Both the position numbers and the translations under genes were made by a program. Below, piece after piece: positions 1 to 10,237 of a DNA stretch of 23,877 nt (position 1 is the first letter of the stretch; each line of letters starts with the position of its first letter). This stretch comes from an uncultured archaeon (GTDB taxonomy: Archaea; Asgardarchaeota; Lokiarchaeia; Sigyniarchaeales; SOKP01), in the NCBI GenBank assembly GCA_964583985.1, contig CAZOYD010000054.1, positions 1 through 23,877 of the forward strand, in the 5' to 3' direction. The notes under the pieces were generated by a model. That model saw nothing but the letters and a program-made list of their open reading frames with translations, did no database searches and was not told the DNA's origin.

Positions 1-183
1 GGGAAAGAATTAGGAGAAAAATTATTTTCAAGCATTCAAGAAGGGATTAAAAATAAGGAAACTAAAGCACAACTAAAAATGAGAGCAATTACGATTATTG
101 AACCTTCCTTGCCTGAAGATAAAGTAAAAGAAATTGCTGACCTGAAAGTAGGAAGACAGTGGATAACAACAAGGCATAGTTAA
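1..183 (+). CDS. 3' end of an unknown protein, truncated by the window edge (60 aa visible: GKELGEKLFSSIQEGIKNKETKAQLKMRAITIIEPSLPEDKVKEIADLKVGRQWITTRHS)
   Basis: Frame 1 is open from base 1 to TAA at 181-183. Purine-rich codon usage resembles the neighbouring genes, and a T9 run follows. Not in the supplied ORF track. Confidence 0.75.
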   Translation, partial: GKELGEKLFSSIQEGIKNKETKAQLKMRAITIIEPSLPEDKVKEIADLKVGRQWITTRHS

Positions 184-194
184 TTTTCTAATCA

Positions 195-203
195 TTTTTT
201 TTT
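195..203 (+). terminator. Archaeal-type oligo-T terminator candidate
   Basis: T9 run 11 nt after the stop codon at 183. Confidence 0.45.
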
Positions 204-246
204 AATTTATTTGTTATATTTAAGTATAAGAGAATTGGGATTAGTA

Positions 247-2472
247 ATGACGATATACACTGATTTTCTTTTTATTTGTTCAGCTGGAGGAGATTTAAAT
301 GAATCAGACTTTAAATCTACACTGGGATCTGCCTATATTATAGCTTATCTAAGAGATAATGGATATAAAGCTGAACAATTTGTATCAGACAAATTGTTTA
401 ATGTAGAAGAATGTACAAGGGAAATTTTGAAACTTAATCCAAAAATAATTGGTTTTACAGTATATAACACTAATTATATGCAGTCTGTTTTATTATGTCG
501 TGGATTAAAAAGAATTAATCCCAAAATTATCACAATCTTTGGTGGACCCACTCCTACCGTTCAATCTGAAGATATTTTAGATTGCGAATCTTCTGTTGAT
601 ATATGTGTAAGAGGCGAAGGAGAAGAAATAGCACTAAAATTACTAAATTATTTAAAGGCTAATGACTTTGATCTCGAAAAAACGACTCTTGAGAAAGTTT
701 GGGGTATAACGTTTAAACGCAAAAAGAATATTATTATTAATCCAGATAGTGATATTTTATCTTCAAACAAATCTGTCAAATATTATATTGATAAATACCC
801 TTCTCCATATCTTTCAGGTGTTATTTCTGCATCTCAAGCATTTCCTCTTGGAATAATTACCGCAAGAGGATGTAATCAAAATTGCATTTATTGTAATTGT
901 AGTATAATGAGTAAGAAGAATATTTATTTTCATTCTATAAACCGAGTTATTGGAGAATTAGCATATATAAATGAAAATAGATCCTCTAAATTTCCCATTC
1001 CTATTAATGATGATGGTTTTACAATCATCCCCTCAAGAGCGAAGGAGATCTGCGAAAAAATTATTGAATATCCTCTCGATATTCCATTAGCCTGCATTAC
1101 TCGTGCTGATAAAATTGATGAAGAACTCCTTGATTTAATGAAACAAGCAGGTTTTCAATCAATCGGATTTTCTTTGGAAAGTGCGGTTCCAAGAATACTA
1201 AGAACTATAGGAAAAGTTAATCCTCCAAATAAAAAAGATGATGCGAATTATGAGAGAGAAAAATTCTATATTCAAAATTTACAGGATATGACAGCATATG
1301 CCAAAAAAATCGGAATGCACCCCATATTTGTCAGCATAATGGTTGGACTACCTGGGGAGACTTATCAAGATGCATTGGAAACGTTAAAATTAGTTGAAAA
1401 TTTAGATATTGATTATTACGCTCATAACAAGCTCCATATATACAAGGGGACTTCGATCTATCAGAATTATAAAGCTTTTGATTATAGCGTTAAATCATAT
1501 GGGCGTAAGAATAGAGTTTTCATCTCAAATACACATCCTTATGATGTCAATCAAATTAAATATGGAATTAAAAGTGCTGAGCGCCAGAACAATAAATATG
1601 TTGATTATAACACACTTAAAATCTTATCATTCAATCCTGTTAATAATCAAAGAAGATCTTTTTTTAATAATATAATTTTAAAATCTAATTTCATTGAGGA
1701 AAGGTTAGTTGAATGGATGCAAAAAAACCTAGCATTAAACGGTGAAGTTATCCAAATTTATTCAAATAAAAGAGAATTTGAAAAACATAATGAAAATAAT
1801 AAGGGGATAATATATGATTGTTTATCGCCATCCAAACATCACAAATGTTATTATTGGGAAAATATAAATGGAAAAATCTTGCTAAAATCTGAAAGAATGT
1901 CACTTTTGGGAGATGATAATGGATTATCTATTGAATTTAAGAATACTACATCATCGCTCTATGAATATGATCAGAAGAATGTCGAAAATGTCATTTCTAT
2001 TGAATGCAATCCAAATGATGCAAAATCCTTTTTAGAATTCTTACGTAACCTCTCAGAGATGGAAGATCCTTATAATTTTCTGTTAGAAAGTAATACTCTT
2101 CCTCAGTTTTTAAACATCTGTAAATGGACGAACAATCTAGCTAACTGCAGAACACTGGAAACAGCGATAATCGAAGATAATCATGTTAAAATATGTTGGT
2201 ATTCTGATCCAATTGCAGAAGTGGGAAGCTCATTTGCTTATATAAAGCAGATGATAAAACAAACCCTTTCTGATACAGAAAAGATGAGAAAATGCAAATC
2301 ATGTACAATAAGAAATTTTTGTAACAAGTGTGCGTATCCATTTCCACTTTCCTCTAAAGGTTATTGTCAACTTAGAAAAATGAAAGATTTAACAAAAACT
2401 GCTAATTTAGTAAATTCCCTTTCCGTCCTCAAAGATCTAATATTTGAACCAATTACGCTTATAGATTATTAA
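247..2472 (+). CDS. Cobalamin-binding radical SAM protein (class B methyltransferase-like) with C-terminal Cys-rich SPASM-like domain
   Basis: B12-domain motifs LGSAYIIAYLR, IIGFT, GGPTPT, DICVRGEGE. Radical SAM motif RGCNQNCIYC (CxxxCxxC) plus DDGFT, RAD, GFSLES, MVGLPGET. C-terminal Cx8C-x15-C...CxxCx5CxxC-x11-C. ATG 247 preferred over TTG 211, with a TATA-like TTATATTTAA about 30 nt upstream. Confidence 0.9.
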   Translation: MTIYTDFLFICSAGGDLNESDFKSTLGSAYIIAYLRDNGYKAEQFVSDKLFNVEECTREILKLNPKIIGFTVYNTNYMQSVLLCRGLKRINPKIITIFGGPTPTVQSEDILDCESSVDICVRGEGEEIALKLLNYLKANDFDLEKTTLEKVWGITFKRKKNIIINPDSDILSSNKSVKYYIDKYPSPYLSGVISASQAFPLGIITARGCNQNCIYCNCSIMSKKNIYFHSINRVIGELAYINENRSSKFPIPINDDGFTIIPSRAKEICEKIIEYPLDIPLACITRADKIDEELLDLMKQAGFQSIGFSLESAVPRILRTIGKVNPPNKKDDANYEREKFYIQNLQDMTAYAKKIGMHPIFVSIMVGLPGETYQDALETLKLVENLDIDYYAHNKLHIYKGTSIYQNYKAFDYSVKSYGRKNRVFISNTHPYDVNQIKYGIKSAERQNNKYVDYNTLKILSFNPVNNQRRSFFNNIILKSNFIEERLVEWMQKNLALNGEVIQIYSNKREFEKHNENNKGIIYDCLSPSKHHKCYYWENINGKILLKSERMSLLGDDNGLSIEFKNTTSSLYEYDQKNVENVISIECNPNDAKSFLEFLRNLSEMEDPYNFLLESNTLPQFLNICKWTNNLANCRTLETAIIEDNHVKICWYSDPIAEVGSSFAYIKQMIKQTLSDTEKMRKCKSCTIRNFCNKCAYPFPLSSKGYCQLRKMKDLTKTANLVNSLSVLKDLIFEPITLIDY

Positions 2473-2500
2473 AAAAATATGAAAATGATCCCGAACTAAA

Positions 2501-4561
2501 ATGTGTGATAAGTCTTTTAAGTATGAATCTCAGGATTTATTAAATGCAGAAAAACTTCTCTACCAATGTAAATTTAGAGAAGTTAAGAACATTCTTGAAA
2601 AGTTAGATAAAAGTTATGATGTAAATTCTGCTGAGCATTTATCAGTTCTTCTTTTGAAAGGAAGATTATCCTTCTACAAAGAAAGTTATAGAAAAGCAAC
2701 AGATATTGCTGAATTAGCTCGTGTATTGAGTCTAAAATTGAATTGTATATACCAATATATTGATGCTTTATTGATTAAAGCCCACGTAGTTTTTTTAGGT
2801 AAATTAGAAGAATCCAAACAAATTATAGATGAAGTAGAAAGCTTGTTAAATGAACATAAAGATAACTCTTCTTTAAACTTCAAGAGGCAAATTAATGATT
2901 TTTTAATAATGAAAGCAATTGTTTACCATTATACTGATAATCTTGATCAAGCGTACGAAACAATTAATCAATGGATAATTAATAAACAAAATGATGGTGA
3001 AAAATTAGATCTTTCTCGAGCTTATATAACTCTAGGCTATATTTATATATATAAAAATGAAACAAATAAAGCTTTAGAGTGCTTCGAAAAAAGTCGTATA
3101 ATTCAATCTGAACTAGATAATCAAAGAGGTATCGCAACAAGCTTACAATATTTAGCGTTAGGTTGCTATTTAATAGGTAATTTTGACCATTCTCAATCAT
3201 TATGTAAAAAAAGTCTATCAAGTCCTAAAATAAGTACTTTCACAACATCAACATCTCTTCATCTATTAGGGGATATTTATAAGATGAAGGGAAAATTAGA
3301 TAAAGCGTTAAGAATTTTCAAGCGAGTGGCTAAAATTAGAGATGTGGAGAAATATTACGAAGAATATTTAACAATTGTTCTAGAAATGGGGATTATTTAT
3401 AGAATGAAAGGAAACTACAATTTAGCATTAGAGAATTTCCTGAAATGTTATAACGAATGTAAAAAAATCAACTCTCTATATGGAATGTCATCATCTCTTT
3501 TCCATCTTATTTTAACGTTTCTTGATAAAAATAACGTTGAACAAGCAAAAACGCATTTATTAGAGTTGGAACATATAAACTCTCTTACGAAAAGCGAAAC
3601 CTATAATGAAATATTTTTGGTGGCTAAATCTTTAATTCTCCGAAAGTCAAGAAGATTACACGATATGACTCAAGCAGAGTTAATTTTAAAGCAAATAATA
3701 GAAAAAGAAACCTTGCCAATACAATATCTCCTTATAACATTAGCAAATTTATGCGATCTTCTTTTATATGAGATGGTTATAATGGATAATCTAGATATAT
3801 TAAAAGAAATTAATCCGTTAATATCAAAAATGCTTAAATTTTCGGAAAATCAACACTCCTATTTATGGCTTTCTGAGACTAAATTACTACAGGCAAAATT
3901 AAGCTTGGTTAATATGGATTTAAAAAGAGCAAAAAAATTGATGTCAGAAGCTCAAATGATTGCTGAAATGCATGATCTAAATTTATTGGCTCAGAGGATA
4001 TCTCATGATCAGGATTCACTTTTAGATCAATCACCATTATGGGATGAGTTATTAGAACGAAATGCACCAATTTCTGAAAGAATAAAACTTGCTTCTCTTA
4101 ATGGCGTGCTGGGGCGCATGCAAGGAAAAGCTGCCATTGACCCTCCAAAAATTACAAAGGAAAAGCCCATTTTATTACTTATAATGAGTAAAGATGGTGT
4201 ACCCCATTTTTCCCATCCCTTTCAAGTCAATTTGGATTTGGATCCGCTTTTCAGTTCTTTCTTATCAGCATTCAACTCTTTCGGTAATGAACTATTTTCA
4301 TCAGAAAGCTCAATTGAAAGAATTAATATTGGAGAACATAGAATCCTTATTAACCACCTTGAAAACTACATAGTTTGCTATGTTATCAAGGGACAATCAT
4401 ATTTAGCTAAAAGAAAATTAGAAAAGTTTACGACAGAAATTCAGGTCGTTTTAGAAATTTGGGACGCTTTAAAAATATCTACTAAGACAGGAAAAATGCT
4501 AGAAATGCACAATCCACATGTTTTAGGAACGCTTGTTAATCGAATTTTTTGTGAAAACTAA
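2501..4561 (+). CDS. Tetratricopeptide-repeat protein with C-terminal longin/roadblock-like domain (Asgard-type architecture)
   Basis: Repeated TPR helices (AYITLGYIYIYKNETNKALECFEKS, SLHLLGDIYKMKGKLDKALRIFKR, EMGIIYRMKGNYNLALENFLKC). C-terminal ~130 aa has a beta-beta-alpha-beta-beta-beta-alpha pattern (LLLIMSKDGVPHFS...LFSSFLSAFNSFGNELF...IERINIGEHRILI...YIVCYVI). Confidence 0.85.
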   Translation: MCDKSFKYESQDLLNAEKLLYQCKFREVKNILEKLDKSYDVNSAEHLSVLLLKGRLSFYKESYRKATDIAELARVLSLKLNCIYQYIDALLIKAHVVFLGKLEESKQIIDEVESLLNEHKDNSSLNFKRQINDFLIMKAIVYHYTDNLDQAYETINQWIINKQNDGEKLDLSRAYITLGYIYIYKNETNKALECFEKSRIIQSELDNQRGIATSLQYLALGCYLIGNFDHSQSLCKKSLSSPKISTFTTSTSLHLLGDIYKMKGKLDKALRIFKRVAKIRDVEKYYEEYLTIVLEMGIIYRMKGNYNLALENFLKCYNECKKINSLYGMSSSLFHLILTFLDKNNVEQAKTHLLELEHINSLTKSETYNEIFLVAKSLILRKSRRLHDMTQAELILKQIIEKETLPIQYLLITLANLCDLLLYEMVIMDNLDILKEINPLISKMLKFSENQHSYLWLSETKLLQAKLSLVNMDLKRAKKLMSEAQMIAEMHDLNLLAQRISHDQDSLLDQSPLWDELLERNAPISERIKLASLNGVLGRMQGKAAIDPPKITKEKPILLLIMSKDGVPHFSHPFQVNLDLDPLFSSFLSAFNSFGNELFSSESSIERINIGEHRILINHLENYIVCYVIKGQSYLAKRKLEKFTTEIQVVLEIWDALKISTKTGKMLEMHNPHVLGTLVNRIFCEN

Positions 4562-4641
4562 AATCATCTAAAAAATAATAAGAGTTACATCCTTTTATTA
4601 TGATGAAGATTATTTCATCAGAAAGTGGTAAGGTATTTAAA

Positions 4642-4986
4642 ATGGATCTGGAATGGAAAATATGTGAAAACTGCGGTTTCTTGCAACATCCCACTCATGT
4701 ACGATGTTTGAAATGTAAATCTCAAAAATTTTATTATGAAAAAGCCAAGGGTGATGCCACTCTTCTAGCTTACACGACTTTAACTGCCCCTCCTGCGGAA
4801 TTCAGAAATAAACCATCATATACTTTGGGTGTCGTGGAATTTGAGAATGGTGTAAAGGCACTGAGTCAGATTGAGTTTGAAGGGAAATTGGATCTTGGCA
4901 TGAAAATGAAACTGTTCCAATCAAAAATCTGCGATAATCTAGATGGGAAAGAGATTGTTGATTATATATTTAAACCACTTAGATAA
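4642..4986 (+). CDS. DUF35 / ChsH2-like Zn-ribbon + OB-fold acyl-CoA-binding protein
   Basis: CENCG...CLKC zinc ribbon followed by G-x-LLAYT, P-Y-x-LGVVEFENG and LGMKM OB-fold motifs. Alternative starts at 4600/4603. Confidence 0.9.
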   Translation: MDLEWKICENCGFLQHPTHVRCLKCKSQKFYYEKAKGDATLLAYTTLTAPPAEFRNKPSYTLGVVEFENGVKALSQIEFEGKLDLGMKMKLFQSKICDNLDGKEIVDYIFKPLR

Positions 4987-5017
4987 TTTTAATATTTGAT
5001 AAGCTTGAAGTGATGTT

Positions 5018-6694
5018 ATGTACTCTAAAGAGGAAATTAATAACATTGAGAAACAAAGGAAAGATTGGGAAGAAACATACCTAAAACCAGCAATGGAAAC
5101 AGGTGAGAGAAAAAAAAAGTTTGAGTCTCCTTCTGGAATTCCTTTAAAAGTATTATATGGACCAGAAGATAATCAAAAAATGGATTATTTAAATGATTTA
5201 GGATTTCCTGGAGCACCTCCTTATACAAGGGGAGTATATCCTAATATGTATCGTGGGAGAGTATGGACTATGAGACAATATGCTGGATTTGCAGATGCTG
5301 AAAAAACTAACGAAAGATTCAAGTATTTAATATCTCAAGGACAAAAAGGATTATCTATTGCCTTTGACTTGCCAACACAGATGGGCTATAATTCAGACAA
5401 TAGTATTTGTTTGGGAGAGGTTGGGAGAGTAGGAGTAACGGTTAATTCATTAAAAGATTTTGAGAAAGTATTTGATGGAATTTCTCTAAACAAGGTATCT
5501 ACTAGCATGACTATCAATGCGCCTGCTTCTGTACTTCTCGCCATGTATATTGCTGTTGGAGAAAAACAAGGAGTAGAACCTAAACAATTGATAGGAACTG
5601 TACAAAATGACATATTGAAAGAATATGTTGCTAGAGGAACATATATCTTTCCACCAAAACCCTCTTTAAAATTAACTGCCGATGTGATAGAGTATTGTTC
5701 TAAAGAATTACCTCGATTTAATACAATTTCAATTAGTGGATATCACATGCGTGAAGCAGGATGCAATGCAATTCAAGAGATCGCTTTCACATTAGCAGAT
5801 GGAATTGCATATGTCGAAGAAGTGATAAAAAGAGGAATTGATATAGACGAATTTGCACCTCGCTTATCGTTCTTTTTCACAACTCACAACAATTTTTTTG
5901 AAGAAATCGCAAAATTAAGAGCTGCAAGGAGATTATGGGCTAAAATTATGAAAGAAAGGTTTACTGCCAAAAATCCAGATTCATTACGATTGAGATTTCA
6001 TACTCAAACAGCGGGAGTGACGCTAACAGCCCAACAACCTAATGTAAATATTATAAGAGTCACTGTACAAGCATTAGCTGCTATATTGGGTGGAACTCAA
6101 TCTCTTCATACTTGTGGCGCTGATGAGGCATTATCTCTACCCACAGAAGATTCGGTTAGAATTTCACTAAGAACTCAACAAGTATTAGCGGATGAATCTG
6201 GAGTGACTGATGTGGTAGATCCGCTTGGTGGATCATACTATATTGAATATCTTACTTCTCAGTTGGAAGAAAAAGCTAAGGAATACATTGACAAAATCGA
6301 TGAAATGGGTGGTATAACAGTTGCTATAGAAAAAGGATTCATTCAACTAGAAATTCTTAACAATGCATATAACGAACAATTAAAGATTGAAAGTGGTGAG
6401 AATAGAGTTGTCGGAGTAAATGTGTTTTTTACGGATGAAAAATCCAAGATTAACACCTTTAAGCAAGATAAGGACGAAGAAGCGAGAATCATATCCAATT
6501 TAAATAATCTTAAATTAGAAAGAGACGAGAAATTGGTCAAACAAGCGCTAGAAAAGCTCAAAAAACAAGCGATGACAAATAATAATATTATCCCGGTAAT
6601 GATTGAAACAGTTAAAACTTATGCGACAATTCAAGAAATTTGTGATGTTTTAAGAGAGTTATACGGAGAATACAAGAATCCTGAAGTTGTTTAA
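5018..6694 (+). CDS. mcmA: Methylmalonyl-CoA mutase, large (substrate-binding) subunit
   Basis: [20 protein letters not shown] (Tyr specificity residue), [26 protein letters not shown] (Arg retained), [32 protein letters not shown]. No B12-binding DxHxxG domain, so this is the split archaeal type. Confidence 0.95.
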   Translation: MYSKEEINNIEKQRKDWEETYLKPAMETGERKKKFESPSGIPLKVLYGPEDNQKMDYLNDLGFPGAPPYTRGVYPNMYRGRVWTMRQYAGFADAEKTNERFKYLISQGQKGLSIAFDLPTQMGYNSDNSICLGEVGRVGVTVNSLKDFEKVFDGISLNKVSTSMTINAPASVLLAMYIAVGEKQGVEPKQLIGTVQNDILKEYVARGTYIFPPKPSLKLTADVIEYCSKELPRFNTISISGYHMREAGCNAIQEIAFTLADGIAYVEEVIKRGIDIDEFAPRLSFFFTTHNNFFEEIAKLRAARRLWAKIMKERFTAKNPDSLRLRFHTQTAGVTLTAQQPNVNIIRVTVQALAAILGGTQSLHTCGADEALSLPTEDSVRISLRTQQVLADESGVTDVVDPLGGSYYIEYLTSQLEEKAKEYIDKIDEMGGITVAIEKGFIQLEILNNAYNEQLKIESGENRVVGVNVFFTDEKSKINTFKQDKDEEARIISNLNNLKLERDEKLVKQALEKLKKQAMTNNNIIPVMIETVKTYATIQEICDVLRELYGEYKNPEVV

Positions 6695-8118
6695 CCTCTC
6701 TTACGTGCATAACGGGAAATTATTGGTAATAATGGAATTACTTCTAACGGATCTCCAAAAATTGGAACTTTCACTTTAGCTAAAATTTGTGCTATTTCCC
6801 TTCTTACATCTGGGGTGTGTGTTCGTTGGAGGATTGGAATTAATGGCTTGCCATATTTTTGCCCCAAGCACAATGTTTCAATCATCATTTTCCTAAAATT
6901 CGTATCTGGGCTAAAAAAATATTGTGGGTCAAAGTAATAACTTGGTAAATCCATGAGTAAAAAATCAACTTTTTCATCATTTAATGCAATTTCTATTATC
7001 TTTTGAATGCTATCTCCCTGAAATAATTGTGCTGCCACGTCTATTGGATTTTTAGAACTAGTACCTTTAATAAAAAATTGTTTTTCAAGCATTTCTTGAA
7101 CTTCTGGGGAAAAATCGGGTATATTTATTCCTACTTGCTGTAAAAGATCAACTAAAACCACTCCATAACCTCCGCTAATGCTGAAGACCGCGGCATTTTC
7201 CAGTTTTTTTAATCCATAACAATCAATGAGATTAGCTAAGTTTAATAATTGTTCCAAAGAATTTACTTCCATTATATTGGTTTGATTAAAAATAGATTCC
7301 CAAATCCTAAGATTTCCAGATATCGATGCCGTGTGAGTTTTCGCAGCTATTGCTCCTTTATTAGATCTTCCTCCTTTTAATATAGCAATCGGTTTAGTTG
7401 TATTTGCGAAAACTTTACGAAGCAATTTCCCTCTCCCTTTTTTCACGCCTTCTAAATAACACAAAATTATATTTGTTTCAGGATCTTCTTCTAAAAAGGA
7501 GATTAAATCAATCACATCAAGGTCTGCTCCATTTCCAAATGAAAAAACTTTGGAAAAATGAAATCCCATTTCTTTTGCTGTATAAATTGCAATATTACAA
7601 ATTCCTCCCGATTGTGCTACAAATCCAACATTCCCCGCTTCAGTTGGAAATTTATCTCGCCATTGAATGCCAACTTTAGGGTAAAATAACCCCATCCCAT
7701 TTGGTCCTAATATTCTTAACTTATTATTAGCTCTTCTAAGTAATTCCCTTTCCAATTCAATTCCTTCTTCTGTACCGGCATCTGAAAATTCAGCTGTGAA
7801 AATGCTCACTAATCTTACTCCTTTCTCCACGCAATCATCTATAACATTTAAAACCCTGCTATTTGGTACTGTAATAAAAGCGAAATCAACATCACCGGGA
7901 ACATCTTTTATGGAAGCATATATATTCTCTTGAGGAAAATTCGGAATTTGTCTAACAGATGGATTTATAGCATATACAGGACCCTTGAACGTTTGATAAT
8001 GGTTTCTTAAAAAGAAGAAATTTCTTTTTTCAGAAGTACCAATAACAGCCATGGATTTAATCTCGTTAATAAATGATAAATCTTTCATTTTTGGGTTATT
8101 AATATCTTGAAGCGACAT
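6691..8118 (-). CDS. acdA: ADP-forming acyl-CoA synthetase (acetate--CoA ligase) alpha subunit / CoA-binding protein
   Basis: CoA-binding AVIGTS...YAINP...[34 protein letters not shown], phosphohistidine motif [19 protein letters not shown]. No ATP-grasp (beta) domain. Confidence 0.88.
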   Translation of the reverse strand: MSLQDINNPKMKDLSFINEIKSMAVIGTSEKRNFFFLRNHYQTFKGPVYAINPSVRQIPNFPQENIYASIKDVPGDVDFAFITVPNSRVLNVIDDCVEKGVRLVSIFTAEFSDAGTEEGIELERELLRRANNKLRILGPNGMGLFYPKVGIQWRDKFPTEAGNVGFVAQSGGICNIAIYTAKEMGFHFSKVFSFGNGADLDVIDLISFLEEDPETNIILCYLEGVKKGRGKLLRKVFANTTKPIAILKGGRSNKGAIAAKTHTASISGNLRIWESIFNQTNIMEVNSLEQLLNLANLIDCYGLKKLENAAVFSISGGYGVVLVDLLQQVGINIPDFSPEVQEMLEKQFFIKGTSSKNPIDVAAQLFQGDSIQKIIEIALNDEKVDFLLMDLPSYYFDPQYFFSPDTNFRKMMIETLCLGQKYGKPLIPILQRTHTPDVRREIAQILAKVKVPIFGDPLEVIPLLPIISRYARKRG

Positions 8119-8273
8119 TCAAATAAGAAAAGCTGGCATAAATTTAATATTTATAGAAATACCAATTTTTTAATATTGAATTCTGAATCCTAATATTGCC
8201 TTTAAATCATAAAGAGTAACCTTTTATTTATGAGATTTCTCGATTTCATAAGTACAGATAGAATTTGCTCCTA

Positions 8274-8777
8274 ATGTCAAGTATCGAAAAAAAAAGAGAA
8301 AAACGTTCACAAAGAATACTCACGTTATTTAACGCATTTATAGGACAAGAATTAAAAAATCTTCCCGTTCCACCATTTACTAAATGGATTAACGGAAAAA
8401 TTGTTAATGCTAAATATGGTCAGGTTGAAGTGGAGGTTGAAGTTCGCCCTGAAATGGCTAATCCTACTGGTCTATTACATGGTGGAATGCAAAGTGCCTT
8501 TATGGATGATGTGTTAGGAATAACATCGGCGACGCTTGGTTATGAAGGTTTTCCGATCAGTATTGACTTCCATATTGACTTTTTGGGAAAAGTTAAAGTT
8601 GGAGAATCAGTGCGTGTTATTGCCAAGGTTGTGCGTGAGGGAAAGAATATCATTCACATGAATATTAAGATATTAGATATGAACGGAAAGCTCATTTCTA
8701 CTGGTAATTCTAATCTATTAAAAACGTCTTTCATTCCCGATTATGTAAAAATCACAGATGATATTGAAAATGAATAA
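8274..8777 (+). CDS. PaaI-family hotdog-fold acyl-CoA thioesterase
   Basis: NPTGLLHGGMQSAFMDD motif, plus IDFLGKVKVG and VVREGKN. ATG 8274 preferred over TTG 8265. Confidence 0.92.
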   Translation: MSSIEKKREKRSQRILTLFNAFIGQELKNLPVPPFTKWINGKIVNAKYGQVEVEVEVRPEMANPTGLLHGGMQSAFMDDVLGITSATLGYEGFPISIDFHIDFLGKVKVGESVRVIAKVVREGKNIIHMNIKILDMNGKLISTGNSNLLKTSFIPDYVKITDDIENE

Positions 8778-8796
8778 TTTAAAAATTTAAATCCAT

Positions 8797-10113
8797 TTAG
8801 TCCAATTTTTCTGCCATGTATGGTTTTAATAACTTGATTGAGATGATATAAAAGGGAATGACTGATAATTCAACAAATATGGATATAATGAAGGGAGCGG
8901 AAAAGCCAATTTGAGAAAATGCAAATCCACCAATAACCGGTCCAACTATTGCTCCAAAAAAACTCATCCATCGCGATATACCAAATATTTTCCCTCGATG
9001 ACCTTTAGAAATACGGCTTAATACATTTTGAAGAATTAAATTTCCAGCCCACGCAAGTGTGGAATCTAACAATAAGATGGTTGAAACCATGATTTCATTA
9101 GTACTATTGATAAAAAACCACGTGACTAAAGAGCCTAAACTACTAAAAATAGCTATTCCAATCATCGGATTAATGCGATCTGCGAACTTTCCTAATTTAG
9201 GTGCTAATAGCAATGAAACTATTTGACTAGGAAAATATATTAACATTACAATTATATCGTTTGAATTAATGTATGTTCTAATATAAAGTTGGGAGAAGGG
9301 TGGAGCAATGGTCTGGTTGATATTGCTCGTCATGACAGCTAATGTTAAAAGTATGAACCCGAGTATGAAAAACAGTGACAATTTTGATGGGGATGGTTCT
9401 TCTTTTGACTGTAATTGAATTTGATTCTCGTTGTATTCATCCATGTTTCCATTAATTTTAGCAACATGATCTTCATACGTAAGGCTTTCATCAACTTTTA
9501 TATTGAAAATGATTCCTGCATATACATTTGAAACAAAAAATAAGAGAAGAGGGCTATAAATTAGGAATGGATTGTTAGGAGTGAATGTAAGTGCTAATCC
9601 AAATATTAAAAAAGCCAACATAGAACCCACTAAATTCCCTCTTCCTAACATTCCCGCTTGTTTTCCAAAAGCAGAAGATCGAAATGCTTTGTGAGATTTC
9701 TGAGATGTTAATGCATCTAATGGGCTCCAGAAAAAGCCTACAAAAAACCCGAGTGTAAACAAGCCCACAAGAAAAAAACTTAAAGATGTGATGACGATAC
9801 CAATATACATTATAAAATATGCGGCTCCTCTCCCAAAGCTACCAATGAGTACTAATAATTTTTTTGATACTTTATCAGTTAAATATCCTACGATTGGAGC
9901 GCTAATGAGTCCACCAAACGTTTGTCCAGCAAATGCAAATCCTAATTCTATACCGGTACCCCCCATGAGAACCCAAATTACGAAAGGGATCAGATACCAA
10001 AAGAAAAAGAAACCCATACTATTCCAAAAAACGATTCGAATCATTGGCATGAAATCAGGAGTAAGATTCTCTGAATCAGTGTTAGATTTTCTTGAAAAAA
10101 GTTTATGTTTCAA
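8797..10113 (-). CDS. Major facilitator superfamily transporter
   Basis: About 12 hydrophobic segments in two halves. Motif-A-like GYLTDKVSKK and GKFADRIN, plus RGKIFG and GAIVGPVIGG. TTG start preceded by GAGTGA RBS. Confidence 0.9.
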   Translation of the reverse strand: MKHKLFSRKSNTDSENLTPDFMPMIRIVFWNSMGFFFFWYLIPFVIWVLMGGTGIELGFAFAGQTFGGLISAPIVGYLTDKVSKKLLVLIGSFGRGAAYFIMYIGIVITSLSFFLVGLFTLGFFVGFFWSPLDALTSQKSHKAFRSSAFGKQAGMLGRGNLVGSMLAFLIFGLALTFTPNNPFLIYSPLLLFFVSNVYAGIIFNIKVDESLTYEDHVAKINGNMDEYNENQIQLQSKEEPSPSKLSLFFILGFILLTLAVMTSNINQTIAPPFSQLYIRTYINSNDIIVMLIYFPSQIVSLLLAPKLGKFADRINPMIGIAIFSSLGSLVTWFFINSTNEIMVSTILLLDSTLAWAGNLILQNVLSRISKGHRGKIFGISRWMSFFGAIVGPVIGGFAFSQIGFSAPFIISIFVELSVIPFYIISIKLLKPYMAEKLD

Positions 10114-10237
10114 TGGTTAATCACTCAAATCAACTTCTTAATTAGCAAAAACGATTATTAATGATAATTTCAATATATAATATCCTATAAACTTAATTCT
10201 TTAAGGATAAGTATGTTATATGCGTGAGAACTTCGTA

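Noticed and set aside
247-6694. Idea that the radical SAM B12 domain serves as the missing mutase small subunit
   Set aside because: It lacks the DxHxxG His-on motif of mutase B12 subunits and is a typical class B radical SAM domain.
5018-6694. Isobutyryl-CoA or 2-hydroxyisobutyryl-CoA mutase assignment
   Set aside because: RQYAGF (Tyr) and KEYVAR (Arg) match methylmalonyl-CoA mutase, not the Phe/Ile variants.
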